A DNA stretch of 39,644 bases from a virus (IMGVR_UViG_3300031954_000030:1-39644); one strand, 5' to 3'; positions 9,468 through 19,895 are shown, numbered from the stretch's first letter. The notes: generated by a model from the letters alone, not told the origin. Translations and numbers: made by a program.

Positions 9468-10573
9468 CCCAACCCTCCATCGGCGACCTGCTGTACCTTG
9501 CAAGCTATGTGATCCGGGTGCGGGTATCCGCACTTTCGACGCCGCCGGATACGCCCAATCAGTACACCGCTGATCTGCACGTGATGGGCGATCAGGGCGC
9601 GATGGCCCTAGACGGGCTCGCGGGTGCGCCCGGCGATACCGGGTTGCAGGAGTTCGCGTTCCGCCAACAAGACGACGCCAACGTCAACAGCTCCGCGGAT
9701 CTGCCGACCGATCTCACCGATACCCCCGACGACATCGGGAAATATTGGTTGATCGATACCCTCGACACCCAAGGTGTGGTCATCAAAGAAACCGCGTGGA
9801 CGTGGTACGGCACCGGGTGGCGCGAATTCCAGATGGGTGTCGTGGGCCCGCCCGGCCCGGTCCCGGCGATCGGGATCAGCCAAACCCTGATCGACCCCAG
9901 CGCGCAATCGTATATCAACACCAGCGGCGCCACCGTCGAACCGTCCTGGGAATTTTATTTGGCCGAACCCAAAGGCCCCGCCGGCCCAACCCAACCGTTG
10001 GGAACCTTCCCCGACGTCGACATGTCCACCCCCGCCGTCACCAACGATCTGCTGGCCTACAACGGAACCCATTGGGCGCCGTTCGCCATGCAACAACTAC
10101 TCCCGGGCCCCTACTCCATGCCCGAGAGCGCCTTCTCCAGTTTCACCGGCGTCACTCAGCAGGCGTTGATCGGCAGCTTCACCGTGCCCGCCCAAAGCTT
10201 CGACTGGACCCCGGTCGTGTGGGGACATATCGGGATGGGCGGGGCGAACCTGTCGGCGGATCCGCTGCGGATCGGCTGCCAAGTCCTGCTCGGCGACCCC
10301 GTATCGGGCACGATGGTGGCCCGCGGACTGGGAACCACGCTGGGCAAAGTGACGATCATGCCGCACTACTCCACCGCCGCGGCTAAAGCCCAGGCGATGA
10401 CCCCCACCAACCAGTACGCCATGGTGGCCTCCGGGCAGTCCGGCGCGCTGCACGTCAACTTGTGGAACGACGGGCAGCTGGGTTCCTACACGTTCAGCCC
10501 CGGCGGGGCGCAACTGTTCATCATGGCCATCCCGGTCAACGTGGCCGCGCAACTGGCAGGAGGCGGCGGATGA
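9464..10573 (+). CDS. Minor tail protein
   Basis: Short GPPGP segments. Paralog of the next gene. Confidence 0.72.
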   Translation: MTQPSIGDLLYLASYVIRVRVSALSTPPDTPNQYTADLHVMGDQGAMALDGLAGAPGDTGLQEFAFRQQDDANVNSSADLPTDLTDTPDDIGKYWLIDTLDTQGVVIKETAWTWYGTGWREFQMGVVGPPGPVPAIGISQTLIDPSAQSYINTSGATVEPSWEFYLAEPKGPAGPTQPLGTFPDVDMSTPAVTNDLLAYNGTHWAPFAMQQLLPGPYSMPESAFSSFTGVTQQALIGSFTVPAQSFDWTPVVWGHIGMGGANLSADPLRIGCQVLLGDPVSGTMVARGLGTTLGKVTIMPHYSTAAAKAQAMTPTNQYAMVASGQSGALHVNLWNDGQLGSYTFSPGGAQLFIMAIPVNVAAQLAGGGG

Positions 10574-12024
10574 CTGTGACCGTCGGGGACAGCGTGTTCC
10601 TGGAACAGTATCTGATCAACACCCGCGTCTACGGGGTCGTCGTACCCGCCGGCAGCCCCCCGGAATTCTGGGCCACCTACGAAATCCAGTCTGATCAGGG
10701 CACCTTGACGATGGCCGCGGTGCTGGGACCTCAAGGCCCGGCCGGTGCTGACGCGTTCGCCATGCATCTGCAAACCGACCCCTATGACAGCCCGGACGAG
10801 CTGCCCAACACGCTGACCAACACTGTCGCTGATATCGGGAAGTACTGGGCGTTCGACGATCTGGACGCTTCCGGCAACGTCATCGGCTCTTCGTTGTGGG
10901 TGTGGTACGGCACCTCTTACCGCCGTCTGATGCTGGGTTCGCCCGGGCCGCCGGGCCCGGTGCCGATCATCACCCCTTCGGTGAGTTTGATCCCGCCGGA
11001 TCAGAACTCGTCGGTGACCGTCGGCGGCACCCCGCCCTATCCCGATTGGCATCTGTTTTTGCCGGCGGTGCCCGGACCCACCGGACCCGCCCCCGCGATG
11101 GGCCTGTGTCCCGACGTGGATCTGACCACCACCGCGCCGAGCGCCGGGGATCTGCTCGGCTACACCGGGCGTACCTCCACGATCAACGTCGACCCCCCAG
11201 CCAAACCCACGCTGGTGACTCAGGGCACCGGCGGCACCCTGCCCGCGGGCACCTACTGGTGGGGCGTCACCGCCACCACCAGCCTGGGCGAAACCATCAG
11301 TTCCCCCGAGGTGTCGAGCACCGTCACCGGCACCACCAGCTCAGCGACCCTGACCTGGACACGCCCACCCGGGGCGGCGGGCTACAAAATCTATCGCGGC
11401 ACCGCCTCGGGTGTGCTGTCCACGCTGGTGCACACCGTCACCGGCGGCGCCACCGTGACCTACACCGACACCGGCGGCGGCGCCGCCGCCACCCCACCGG
11501 GCTCCAACACCGCCGGCGTCGTCTACCCGATCTGGGTTCCGGTGTCGGTGGCGCAGCTAGTACCCGGCCCGTATTCCATGCCCGAAAACGCGTTCACCAG
11601 CTTTTCTGGGGTCAGTAGCTCGGCGCCGATCGGATCCTTCGCCATCCCACCCCAACCCTTCCCCTGGACCCCGGTCGTGTGGGGACACATCGGGGCATTC
11701 GGCATCGAACTATCCGCCGACCCGATGATGATCGGCTGCGAAGTCCTGCTCGGCGACGCCGCCTCCGGGCAACAGATCGCCCGCGGCTTCGGCAACAGCC
11801 TCGGCGAAGTCAACATCATGCCGCACTACTCCACCCCCACCACCCCGTCCGGGGCCCTCACCCCCACCAACGGCATGGCCGTCGTACCCGCCAATCACAG
11901 CTCCCCCGCCCAGGGCACCATCTACGTCAACCTGTACAACGACGGCCAAGTCGGCCTTTACCAATTCAACCCCACCGACGCCCAGATCATGGTGCTGATC
12001 ATGCCCGTCAATCCCGGAGGCTAA
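10570..12024 (+). CDS. Minor tail protein with an inserted FN3/Ig-like domain
   Basis: ATGA overlap at 10570. Paralog of 9464..10573 plus a GGTLPAGTYWWGVTA...LTWT...GYKIYRGT...TYTDTG insert. Confidence 0.75.
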   Translation: MTVTVGDSVFLEQYLINTRVYGVVVPAGSPPEFWATYEIQSDQGTLTMAAVLGPQGPAGADAFAMHLQTDPYDSPDELPNTLTNTVADIGKYWAFDDLDASGNVIGSSLWVWYGTSYRRLMLGSPGPPGPVPIITPSVSLIPPDQNSSVTVGGTPPYPDWHLFLPAVPGPTGPAPAMGLCPDVDLTTTAPSAGDLLGYTGRTSTINVDPPAKPTLVTQGTGGTLPAGTYWWGVTATTSLGETISSPEVSSTVTGTTSSATLTWTRPPGAAGYKIYRGTASGVLSTLVHTVTGGATVTYTDTGGGAAATPPGSNTAGVVYPIWVPVSVAQLVPGPYSMPENAFTSFSGVSSSAPIGSFAIPPQPFPWTPVVWGHIGAFGIELSADPMMIGCEVLLGDAASGQQIARGFGNSLGEVNIMPHYSTPTTPSGALTPTNGMAVVPANHSSPAQGTIYVNLYNDGQVGLYQFNPTDAQIMVLIMPVNPGG

Positions 12025-12028
12025 TTTT

Positions 12029-14950
12029 ATGGCTGGGGCAATCGATCTTTTCGCCGGATCCTCACCGATCGCCGGTTCTAATCTGTGGGACGTCAACAAG
12101 AACCCGCTCAATCAGCTCAACCAGGGCATCGACGACGTCATCGGTAAACAAGCCGGCTCCGCGGGCTCCCAAACCACCCAGGCCCTTCAGTCGCTGATCA
12201 ACACCATCGTCGGCAAAGGTCTGGATTTTCTCACCACAACCGGGCCTGAGGCGTTGCTCTCCGATGTTGATCAGTTCTTCACTAACCTGCTGAAGTTTTT
12301 GGGCGAACTTGACCCGCTGTCATCGTCTTTCGATGTCGCCGCCGCCGCCCAGACTTTCCTGAACACCATTTTGATCCCGACCAACCTCATCGCCCCACTC
12401 GTCGAAGACGCCTCCAACATCATCTCCGGGGTGACCGGATTTGTGCCGATGGCCAACCTGGACACCGCGCTGCTAACCGCCGTAATCGGCGGCGCACAGG
12501 CACTGATCGACGCCATCCTGGAAACCGTCGGCATCCCCGCCGGGTCAGGCACCGAAACCCAAGTCAACCAATACTTCAGCGACCTGCTCAACATGCTGGC
12601 CAACCCGAGTCTCACCTCAGGCGGGTTCGATCCGGCCGCGGCAGTGGCCACCTTCATCAACGACATGATCCACCCCACCAAACTGTTGGCCCCGCTCAAC
12701 CCGGTCACCCAGCTCATCGACCACTGGACGCTGCCGGCGATCCCGGTCGGTGCCATCGGCCAGATCCTGCCCAACCTGCTCGCGAACCCCAGCTTCAGCA
12801 GCGCCGCCTCCATCGCGAACAACCCGAACTGGTCTTGGGCGTCGGGGGTCACCCATCTAGCGGATGGGACCGGCTCAGCGACCGCCACCGCCAACGGCAC
12901 CACCAAAAATTTGCTGTCGGATCCCGCGGTCCCGGTCAGCGCCAACCAGATCCTCAATATCTCCACCTGGCTGCAATGGTCGGGTGTCACTGCATCCGGG
13001 CCGGCGTTCGCCCTGTCAGTGGTCCCCTACCTGGGCAGCAACGCCGCCGGCTCGACGGTGCTGCAAACCATCTCCAACCCGCCCGCCGCCGGGGCGTGGC
13101 AACAACTGTCCGGAACCTACACCGTCCCGGCGTCGGGGGTCGACAACATCCGCATGCAACTGCAAATCCTGCCCGGCGCGTCAGCGGGCAGCACCTGGTG
13201 GGATGACGGCGCGGTCACCAAAGTGCAGCTGTGGGCCGAATCCTGGACCGCCGGGCTGACCGGGGACCTCGGCAACCTGAACACCGCTGTGCTCGCCCGC
13301 GCGTTGCAGACCGATGTCATCGCGCTGGCCAACAACCTGGGCTTGGGCAGCTTCTCGTCGATCAGCGCCGCCCTCTCAGCGATCACCGCCCGGCTGACCA
13401 ACATCGGCGCTGCCGGTTTGATCGCCCCGGCGGGGATCCCCAACATCACCGCCGCCATGTCCAGCGATCTGCAGTCCGTCGTCGACGGCATCGTGGCGGC
13501 GACCGGCGGACCGGCCAGCGGCAACCCGGTGACCGCTGTGCAAACGGCGATCGAGAACATACCGCACGTCAACGTTCTCGGTCTGCTCGGTGCCGCCGAT
13601 GTCGGTGCTGCGTTGCAAGCTCATGTCGACACGGGTGTGCAGGCGATCACGGGCGGCACGGCTACCGGCTCAAGCCTTGCCCTGTTTCACAATGCGCTCG
13701 CCGCGTTGACCAGTTTTCTCGGTTACACGACAAGCGGCGTCCCGCAAGCGAATTCGGTTGCGGCGATCAGTCAGGCCGTCAGTCAGACGTTGGCGAATCA
13801 GGCAATCGCGAAGCCGATCAAGTACGGCATCGACCCGACGACTGACGGGCCGTACGACGTTTCGAACCTGATCAACAACAGTTCGACGTTGCCGTGCGTT
13901 CAAGCGACACCGAGCAATTCGGTGATGTGCTTCGTGCCCACCCCTAACGGCGGTGTCAAGCAGTCGGTGCGCTGGCTCGGCTACGGACTTTCGGGTCTCT
14001 CATCGTTCGTCGTCACCGTGTACAAGATGAACACGAATACCGGTGTGGGAACACAGGTTTACACTTCCGGCAACATCCTGTCGCTGGTGGCCGGCGGCGG
14101 CGCACCGGTGTGGAATGCGCTCAACCTGCCGAGCAACAAGTTCATTTCTGCTGCACAGCAAGACATTTACTGCCTCGAGATTCAGGTAACCGGTAGCGGT
14201 AACTATAACGTTGCGGGCATGCTGTCTGCGTTGCCGAGCCATCCGAGCGCGATACCCGCTGCGCTCGGTGCGACCCGCACCGCTGGTGTGCCGCCCTCGA
14301 CCTTCCCGAATCCCGCTGGCGGCACACCAGTTTCGTATAACGCGAATACACCGTGGCTCGGGCTCGCCGGCAGTGCCGGTGCAACACAGTACCCGGCCGT
14401 GCTTGTTCCGGTCACCGCATCGGGCACGTTCGACCCGACGCAGTACGGTTGGGCTAATTACTTCGATGTCATCGTTGCCGGTGCCGGTGGTGCCGGTGGC
14501 GGTGCAACGTTCTACAGCAACGGCGGTGCTGGTGGTCAATGCGGCACGTGGTACACCACAACGATCACGAAAGCCCAAGGCGGCTCGTCGCTTTGGACGT
14601 TCACGATCGGTGCGGGCGGCACATGCGCCGCGGCGGGCAGCGGCACCGCCGGCGGCGGCAGTCAGGTTTCGATACCGGGTTACGGCAACCTCACCGCAGC
14701 AGGGGGTGCCGGTGGTGCGGGCGGCGGTGCGACCGGTGCTGCCGGTGCACCGGGAACAGCCATGCCGAATAAGAGTTACCCTGACCATTACGGGAACGCG
14801 CACAACTATTCCGGTGGTGCGGGCGGTGCCAATCCTTTCGATCCCGGTGGCGCACCCGGTGGCGGCGGTGCCGGTGGTAGTAAGTCTATCGCCGCTACTG
14901 CCGGTGGCAGCGGCGGTAACGGCATCGGGTACGTGCTGGTGTATCAGTAA
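12029..14950 (+). CDS. Large minor tail/fibre protein with a carbohydrate-binding-like domain and a glycine-rich C-terminus
   Basis: NLLANPSF...WQQLSGTYTVP...WWDD (CBM-like) and C-terminal GAGGAGG repeats. Confidence 0.78.
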   Translation: MAGAIDLFAGSSPIAGSNLWDVNKNPLNQLNQGIDDVIGKQAGSAGSQTTQALQSLINTIVGKGLDFLTTTGPEALLSDVDQFFTNLLKFLGELDPLSSSFDVAAAAQTFLNTILIPTNLIAPLVEDASNIISGVTGFVPMANLDTALLTAVIGGAQALIDAILETVGIPAGSGTETQVNQYFSDLLNMLANPSLTSGGFDPAAAVATFINDMIHPTKLLAPLNPVTQLIDHWTLPAIPVGAIGQILPNLLANPSFSSAASIANNPNWSWASGVTHLADGTGSATATANGTTKNLLSDPAVPVSANQILNISTWLQWSGVTASGPAFALSVVPYLGSNAAGSTVLQTISNPPAAGAWQQLSGTYTVPASGVDNIRMQLQILPGASAGSTWWDDGAVTKVQLWAESWTAGLTGDLGNLNTAVLARALQTDVIALANNLGLGSFSSISAALSAITARLTNIGAAGLIAPAGIPNITAAMSSDLQSVVDGIVAATGGPASGNPVTAVQTAIENIPHVNVLGLLGAADVGAALQAHVDTGVQAITGGTATGSSLALFHNALAALTSFLGYTTSGVPQANSVAAISQAVSQTLANQAIAKPIKYGIDPTTDGPYDVSNLINNSSTLPCVQATPSNSVMCFVPTPNGGVKQSVRWLGYGLSGLSSFVVTVYKMNTNTGVGTQVYTSGNILSLVAGGGAPVWNALNLPSNKFISAAQQDIYCLEIQVTGSGNYNVAGMLSALPSHPSAIPAALGATRTAGVPPSTFPNPAGGTPVSYNANTPWLGLAGSAGATQYPAVLVPVTASGTFDPTQYGWANYFDVIVAGAGGAGGGATFYSNGGAGGQCGTWYTTTITKAQGGSSLWTFTIGAGGTCAAAGSGTAGGGSQVSIPGYGNLTAAGGAGGAGGGATGAAGAPGTAMPNKSYPDHYGNAHNYSGGAGGANPFDPGGAPGGGGAGGSKSIAATAGGSGGNGIGYVLVYQ

Positions 14951-15474
14951 TGGCCTGGGTCATCGCCACACCACCAGCCGGCGCCGCCCCCCGCAGCGGC
15001 TGGACACCCACACCCATCGCCGGATCACAGCCCCCGACATCGGGCTGGATTACTAACCCGCTGGCCTTATTCGGCGCCGCGGGCACACTGTCGGTCAGTA
15101 TCGCCCTGACTATTGCGACGGTGCCCGCCGCCCTGTCCGGCGCCGGTACCCTGACCGCGTCCGGTCACGCCATTATTCCCCGCCCCGCAGCATTAGTCGG
15201 TGCCGGAACACTGGGCGCCGCCGTCTATCCCCGCGCCCTATCGGCGGCCACGCTGTCCGGCGGCGGCGCCCTGGGGGCCAGCGCCGCTCAGCTGCCCATC
15301 CTGCCCGCCACCGCCACCGCCGGCGGCGAGGGCACCCTGAGCGCCGCCGCCTCCATCGACGGCCTGTCCGCCTACGCCGCCGAAGTCGTGGTCATCACCG
15401 ACGGCCTATCAGCCACCGTCACCCCCGCCGTCCCGCCCCCCGACGGCCTGTCCGCGACCGCGACGGGACACTAA
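14950..15474 (+). CDS. Minor tail protein (Ala/Gly repeats)
   Basis: Repeated AxLxGxGxLxA motifs. TAATG translational coupling. Confidence 0.6.
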   Translation: MAWVIATPPAGAAPRSGWTPTPIAGSQPPTSGWITNPLALFGAAGTLSVSIALTIATVPAALSGAGTLTASGHAIIPRPAALVGAGTLGAAVYPRALSAATLSGGGALGASAAQLPILPATATAGGEGTLSAAASIDGLSAYAAEVVVITDGLSATVTPAVPPPDGLSATATGH

Positions 15475-16397
15475 TGGCCGGAACACTGTCTGCAACCGTG
15501 ACCGTCAGCCTCATAGGCTCAGCCGCGGCCCCCTTCATCGGGGAAGGCACCCTCTCGGCGATCGTCCCCTACGCCGAAACCACCGCCACCCTCGCCGGAG
15601 CCGGTGCACTGTCGGCCACCGCGACACCGCGCTACCTGATCCCCGCCGCCCTAGCCGGCGCCGGAAGCCTGGCTGCCGCCGCCAGCCCCCAAATCGCCGC
15701 CGCCGCCGCGCTAGCCGGGGGCGGCGCCCTGAGTGCCGCCGCCTACCCACAAACCGCCGCCGCCCCCGCCCTGGCCGGGTCCGGCACCCTGTCCGCGACC
15801 GCCGCCCTGGCCGCCCCGAGCTTCGACACCGTCGGAACAGGAGCCGCACCCGCAAGCCAACAAAGCACACTAACTTGGACGCATACAGCTACTGCGGGCG
15901 CCGACGTCTACGTAATGCTGGGAACCAGCCTGCGCACCAACAACGCTTTCGTCAGTTCCGTCAAATACGGGACCGCCACCATGACAATGGTCGACTGGAT
16001 TGCGGGTGCGGCTTCCCAAACGCTTTTCCTGTATCGCCTCACCGCCGCACCTGGCGGCGCGCAAACCATCACCGCAACATTCACCAGCGCAAACAACAAC
16101 ATCGGCCAATCCGTTTCAGCCACCAATGTCACATCAATATCAACCGCCCAAAAAGTCAGCGGCAACAACGGCCCAGCCAGCCAATCAGTAACATGCGGCG
16201 CCAGCCAACTGATCATCCAAGGATTCAGTGTCGCGCAAGCACCAAGTGGTTGGACTACTACCGGCGGCACCAATGACTGGGCGGGCAGGGCAGCCAACGG
16301 CCCCGAGGGACTCACGATGAATCACGCCACCGCGACGACCACATTTACCGGCAATAACACCAGCTATTGGAACGGCATCGCCATCATCCTGTCCTAA
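15474..16397 (+). CDS. Minor tail protein
   Basis: The same AxLAGxGxLxA repeats, then a beta-rich C-terminal domain (LTWTHT...VKYG). Confidence 0.65.
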   Translation: MAGTLSATVTVSLIGSAAAPFIGEGTLSAIVPYAETTATLAGAGALSATATPRYLIPAALAGAGSLAAAASPQIAAAAALAGGGALSAAAYPQTAAAPALAGSGTLSATAALAAPSFDTVGTGAAPASQQSTLTWTHTATAGADVYVMLGTSLRTNNAFVSSVKYGTATMTMVDWIAGAASQTLFLYRLTAAPGGAQTITATFTSANNNIGQSVSATNVTSISTAQKVSGNNGPASQSVTCGASQLIIQGFSVAQAPSGWTTTGGTNDWAGRAANGPEGLTMNHATATTTFTGNNTSYWNGIAIILS

Positions 16398-16422
16398 ACA
16401 AACGATCGGAAGGAAAACCACT

Positions 16423-16722
16423 GTGGCACTTCAAAACCTGACCCCCGTGCAAGACACCCTGCAGGGCTGGCAACTGCTCACCCCCGACGATATGCATTCT
16501 GCGCTGGAATACCTTGCCGCCAAGGGCTACACCGGGTCTGTGAATTCACTGATCGACCCCGGCTCCGGCGCCCTGACCTGGCAGCTGATCCTGCAGTCCA
16601 CCACCCGCCAATCCAGCCAGGCCGTCGCGGTGATCAACGACTGGGTGATCATCGAAAACGACGCCATCGCGTCGATCTGTCCCGCCGAAGAATTCGACGC
16701 CCGCTACCAAACCACACCCTAG
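16423..16722 (+). CDS. Hypothetical protein
   Basis: AAGGA SD, GTG start, phage-like codon use. Confidence 0.6.
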   Translation: MALQNLTPVQDTLQGWQLLTPDDMHSALEYLAAKGYTGSVNSLIDPGSGALTWQLILQSTTRQSSQAVAVINDWVIIENDAIASICPAEEFDARYQTTP

Positions 16723-16737
16723 AAAGGAAAAGTAGTT

Positions 16738-17094
16738 ATGGCCATCGCAGTAGGCTCCACCCGCCAATCTCTGGCGAATTCCTACGCCGCGCTGGGGAAC
16801 TGGCTGGGGGCAGCCACCGGCAACCCCGGCACCACCACCACCCCGGCTAATGAGGTGACCGGAGGGTCCCCCGCATATGCCCGCGGCCAAACCACGTGGT
16901 CGGCGGGATCCAACGGCGTATCCAACGGCACCGCCACCACCCTGAATTCCCCAGCAGCCACCATCACTTATGTGATCCTGGCGTCTGCCGCGACAACGGG
17001 CGCCGCCAACCAATTGGATAACTGCGCGATCACGTCGGTCGTGCTGTCCGGTCAGGGTCAGATTGTCATCACCCCCACCTACACGCAAACCTGA
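16738..17094 (+). CDS. Minor tail protein
   Basis: PGTT..ANEVTGGSPAYAR is common in mycobacteriophage tail genes. AAGGA SD. Confidence 0.7.
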   Translation: MAIAVGSTRQSLANSYAALGNWLGAATGNPGTTTTPANEVTGGSPAYARGQTTWSAGSNGVSNGTATTLNSPAATITYVILASAATTGAANQLDNCAITSVVLSGQGQIVITPTYTQT

Positions 17095-17447
17095 TGACCT
17101 CGGTGGGCGGCGGTGTCGGTGTCCTGTCGGTGGTGGTGTGGCCCACCCACGCCGGGGCGATCAACCAACACGGCGAAGAACCCCTATCCAACCTGGACTA
17201 TCGGCGCGGGCAGATCAGCTGGGCGGTCGGCGACGACGGGAAAATCCGGGGACACACCACCATCCACGTGCCGGCCGGGGAATGGGACTGGATCGTCTAC
17301 TGCCATCACCCCACCGATCCGATCATCATCACGGCCACCAAATTCGCTCACCCGCTGATCCTGCCCCGCCCCGGCGCCATCGACCTGCGCGACATCGACG
17401 AGAACGACATTCAACTGTTCGGCCCCGATTCGGTACTACATAACTAG
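17094..17447 (+). CDS. Hypothetical (possibly tail-related) protein
   Basis: TGATG coupling. DYRRGQISW motif resembles the YARGQTTW segment of the previous gene. Confidence 0.55.
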   Translation: MTSVGGGVGVLSVVVWPTHAGAINQHGEEPLSNLDYRRGQISWAVGDDGKIRGHTTIHVPAGEWDWIVYCHHPTDPIIITATKFAHPLILPRPGAIDLRDIDENDIQLFGPDSVLHN

Positions 17448-17457
17448 GAGAAAACCC

Positions 17458-17655
17458 GTGACCGCGCCACGCTCCCCCACCCCGCCGCAATACAGCACCG
17501 GCACCCTCAAACAGGATCCCGACAGCCTGGCCGTCGCGGTCAGAACCAACATCCCCGATCCCGACAGCGCGCACGATTGGGGGGTGATGACCGTGGACCG
17601 CGGCGGTTATTACGCGGGCTGGGATGAGATCGCCGCCTGGACCGACGTCGGATGA
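17458..17655 (+). CDS. Hypothetical protein
   Basis: AGGAG SD before the GTG start. Confidence 0.6.
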   Translation: MTAPRSPTPPQYSTGTLKQDPDSLAVAVRTNIPDPDSAHDWGVMTVDRGGYYAGWDEIAAWTDVG

Positions 17656-17659
17656 TGAG

Positions 17660-18256
17660 ATGCGCTGGCCGGCGGTCATGATGGCGATTCCCGCAGTGCT
17701 GTGCTGTCCGAGTGTGCACGCCGACCCGGTGCCTATACCGGTACCGATACCGGTCCCCGAGCCGCCCGGGTTCGTCAGTACCCTGCCGGCGCCCCCGGTG
17801 GGCACCGCCGCCGGTATCGGCGCGGCCGGGGTGGCGGTCAGCGCGCCGCAGCTCGCCCCGGCGGTAGCCGGATTGTTCATGTGTCCGGGCCGGGGCGCCT
17901 CGGCGGCGGTGCTGGGCTCGATCGGCGGCGGCTACTGCAACTTCGCGTTCGAGCAGATCGCGCTGCCCGGCGGCATCGTCGGCACCATGCACGTGCACTG
18001 CGAGTGGGGCTCAGCCGGCTCGATTCTGTCCCTGTTCAACTGCTGGCGGGTGTTCCCCGGCCAACCCGACCACCCCGCACTCAATGACCCCGACATCATC
18101 CCCGACGGGTGGGGGGTGCCGTGGGCCCTGACCGGGCCGACACCTGATGATCAATGGCCACCACCCGGGCTGGCGCCCGCGCAGAGTTTCTCCATCCCCA
18201 CCCAACCCTCCGGGCCCCCGCCCGGACCACCACCACCGGAAGGAACCCCACCGTGA
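17660..18256 (+). CDS. Putative secreted Pro-rich protein
   Basis: Signal-peptide-like N-terminus MRWPAVMMAIPAVLCCPSVHA-DP, four further Cys residues, Pro-rich ends. Confidence 0.55.
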   Translation: MRWPAVMMAIPAVLCCPSVHADPVPIPVPIPVPEPPGFVSTLPAPPVGTAAGIGAAGVAVSAPQLAPAVAGLFMCPGRGASAAVLGSIGGGYCNFAFEQIALPGGIVGTMHVHCEWGSAGSILSLFNCWRVFPGQPDHPALNDPDIIPDGWGVPWALTGPTPDDQWPPPGLAPAQSFSIPTQPSGPPPGPPPPEGTPP

Positions 18257-18996
18257 CAGAACACGCGCTGCACTACGATTCCGCGATCATCCCCCAGGAA
18301 ACCGGGTACTGGTGTGGGCCCGCATCCGCTCAGGTTTGTCTGAACATCCGCGGCATCCACGTCGACGAAGCCACCCTGGCCGCCGAATGCGGCACCGACG
18401 AAGGCGGCACCGACTACGTCGGGCTGATCGAAAACTGCCTCAACGCACGCCTAGACGGCGAACCCTACACCTCCGTCTACGCCGAAAACATGCCCGACGC
18501 ACAAGCCAAGGAACGGTTCTGGAATGAGGGGATCCTGCGTTCCATCGACGCCGGCTACGGCATCGTGATGAACTGGGTCTCGCCCGAGGGTAATCACCCG
18601 CAGGGGATCAAAGGATCCGCGTCCCCAAACTATGTCGGCACGATCTACCACTATGTCACCTGCGCCGGTTACGACGACAATCCGTCGCAGCGGGCGGTGC
18701 TCATCGCCGATTCCGGGTTCTGGCCCTGGACCTACTGGATCAGCTTCGAGCAGTGCGCCACTTTGATCCCGCCCAAAGGCTTCGCCTACGCAGACGTCAC
18801 CATCCCTGAGGAGATCGATATGTCCGAAGAATACGCACGCCAATCCTTTGAACAGCTCGCCGGCCCCGACGCTGACGCCGGAGCATTCGGCTGGCCCCAA
18901 CTGGGCGGCAGGACGGTGGTCGACGCGTTGGCGGTCATCGGCGCCGAACTGGGAATCGAGGGCTTCGGCCCCCCTTTAGACCGGGATCAGGATTGA
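18253..18996 (+). CDS. lysA: Lysin A: peptidase C39-like domain plus a C-terminal cell-wall-associated motif
   Basis: QETGYWCGPAS (Cys), HYV (His), IADSGF (Asp), and C-terminal GWPQLGGRTVVDALA typical of mycobacteriophage lysin A. AAGGA SD before the GTG. Confidence 0.8.
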   Translation: MTEHALHYDSAIIPQETGYWCGPASAQVCLNIRGIHVDEATLAAECGTDEGGTDYVGLIENCLNARLDGEPYTSVYAENMPDAQAKERFWNEGILRSIDAGYGIVMNWVSPEGNHPQGIKGSASPNYVGTIYHYVTCAGYDDNPSQRAVLIADSGFWPWTYWISFEQCATLIPPKGFAYADVTIPEEIDMSEEYARQSFEQLAGPDADAGAFGWPQLGGRTVVDALAVIGAELGIEGFGPPLDRDQD

Positions 18997-19895
18997 CGGC
19001 GTGTCTGACGTTCGCCGGGACCTGGGCGGCACCCGGGACGGGCTATCCGTCTGAAGTCGCGCACGCCTGCACCGATCTGCTCGAAGAGATCCCGGTGCAG
19101 GCCCCCTGGTCCTTCGGGCCGATCCCGCCCGGACAGATCACCGCCCCCTCCTACCAGGATTCGGTGGCGATCGCGGTGGACTGGGCGGTGCACTGGATCG
19201 AAACCCACCCCGAGCGGCCCATCATCCTCGGCGGCTACTCCCAGGGCGCCGAAGCCGCCTCCCGGGTCCGCATGGAATTCGAGATCGGGCGCCTGAGCAC
19301 GTTGCGCCCCAACTTCATCGCCGGCTACACCTTCGGCAACCCGTCGCGGCACCTCGAACACACCTTCTACAACGGTCCGGCCACCGACGGGGAAGGCATC
19401 GCCGCCTTCCGGCTGCCCGCCCTCGGGCACGAATGGTGCGAACTGGTCGACACCTACGACATCTACGCCGGAGTGCCCCCCACACTGACGGGGGAGATCA
19501 TGCACGATGTCTACACGCTGTGCACTCAACTGCAGCTCGCGGACCCGCATCAGTTCGTGACGGATCTGGTCGCCAACTGCATCGAAATCATCCAGAACCT
19601 GGACGGCAACGCCCACGACGACCTACTGGACGGGGCAGCGCGCCACGGCCTGGACCTCTCCGGGGCGCGGATCCTGGCGCCCGAAGATTTCGCGCTGACC
19701 ACCGACCGCATCCTGTCGGTGAAGGGCATCGCCGCCGCCATCCAGGCCGCCGTACTCGGTATCCAATTCCTGTGCTGGACACCCCCCACAGCGCCCCACA
19801 TTGAATACCACCTGCGCGAAGTCCTACCAAGCCAAACCTATGTGGAACTAGGGGTGCAGCATGTCCGCGACTGGGCGAACCGCATACTGGCGTGA
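18993..19895 (+). CDS. lysB: Lysin B (cutinase-like serine esterase)
   Basis: GYSQG nucleophile motif, FGNP, DIYA, PHIEY. Confidence 0.85.
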   Translation: MTACLTFAGTWAAPGTGYPSEVAHACTDLLEEIPVQAPWSFGPIPPGQITAPSYQDSVAIAVDWAVHWIETHPERPIILGGYSQGAEAASRVRMEFEIGRLSTLRPNFIAGYTFGNPSRHLEHTFYNGPATDGEGIAAFRLPALGHEWCELVDTYDIYAGVPPTLTGEIMHDVYTLCTQLQLADPHQFVTDLVANCIEIIQNLDGNAHDDLLDGAARHGLDLSGARILAPEDFALTTDRILSVKGIAAAIQAAVLGIQFLCWTPPTAPHIEYHLREVLPSQTYVELGVQHVRDWANRILA

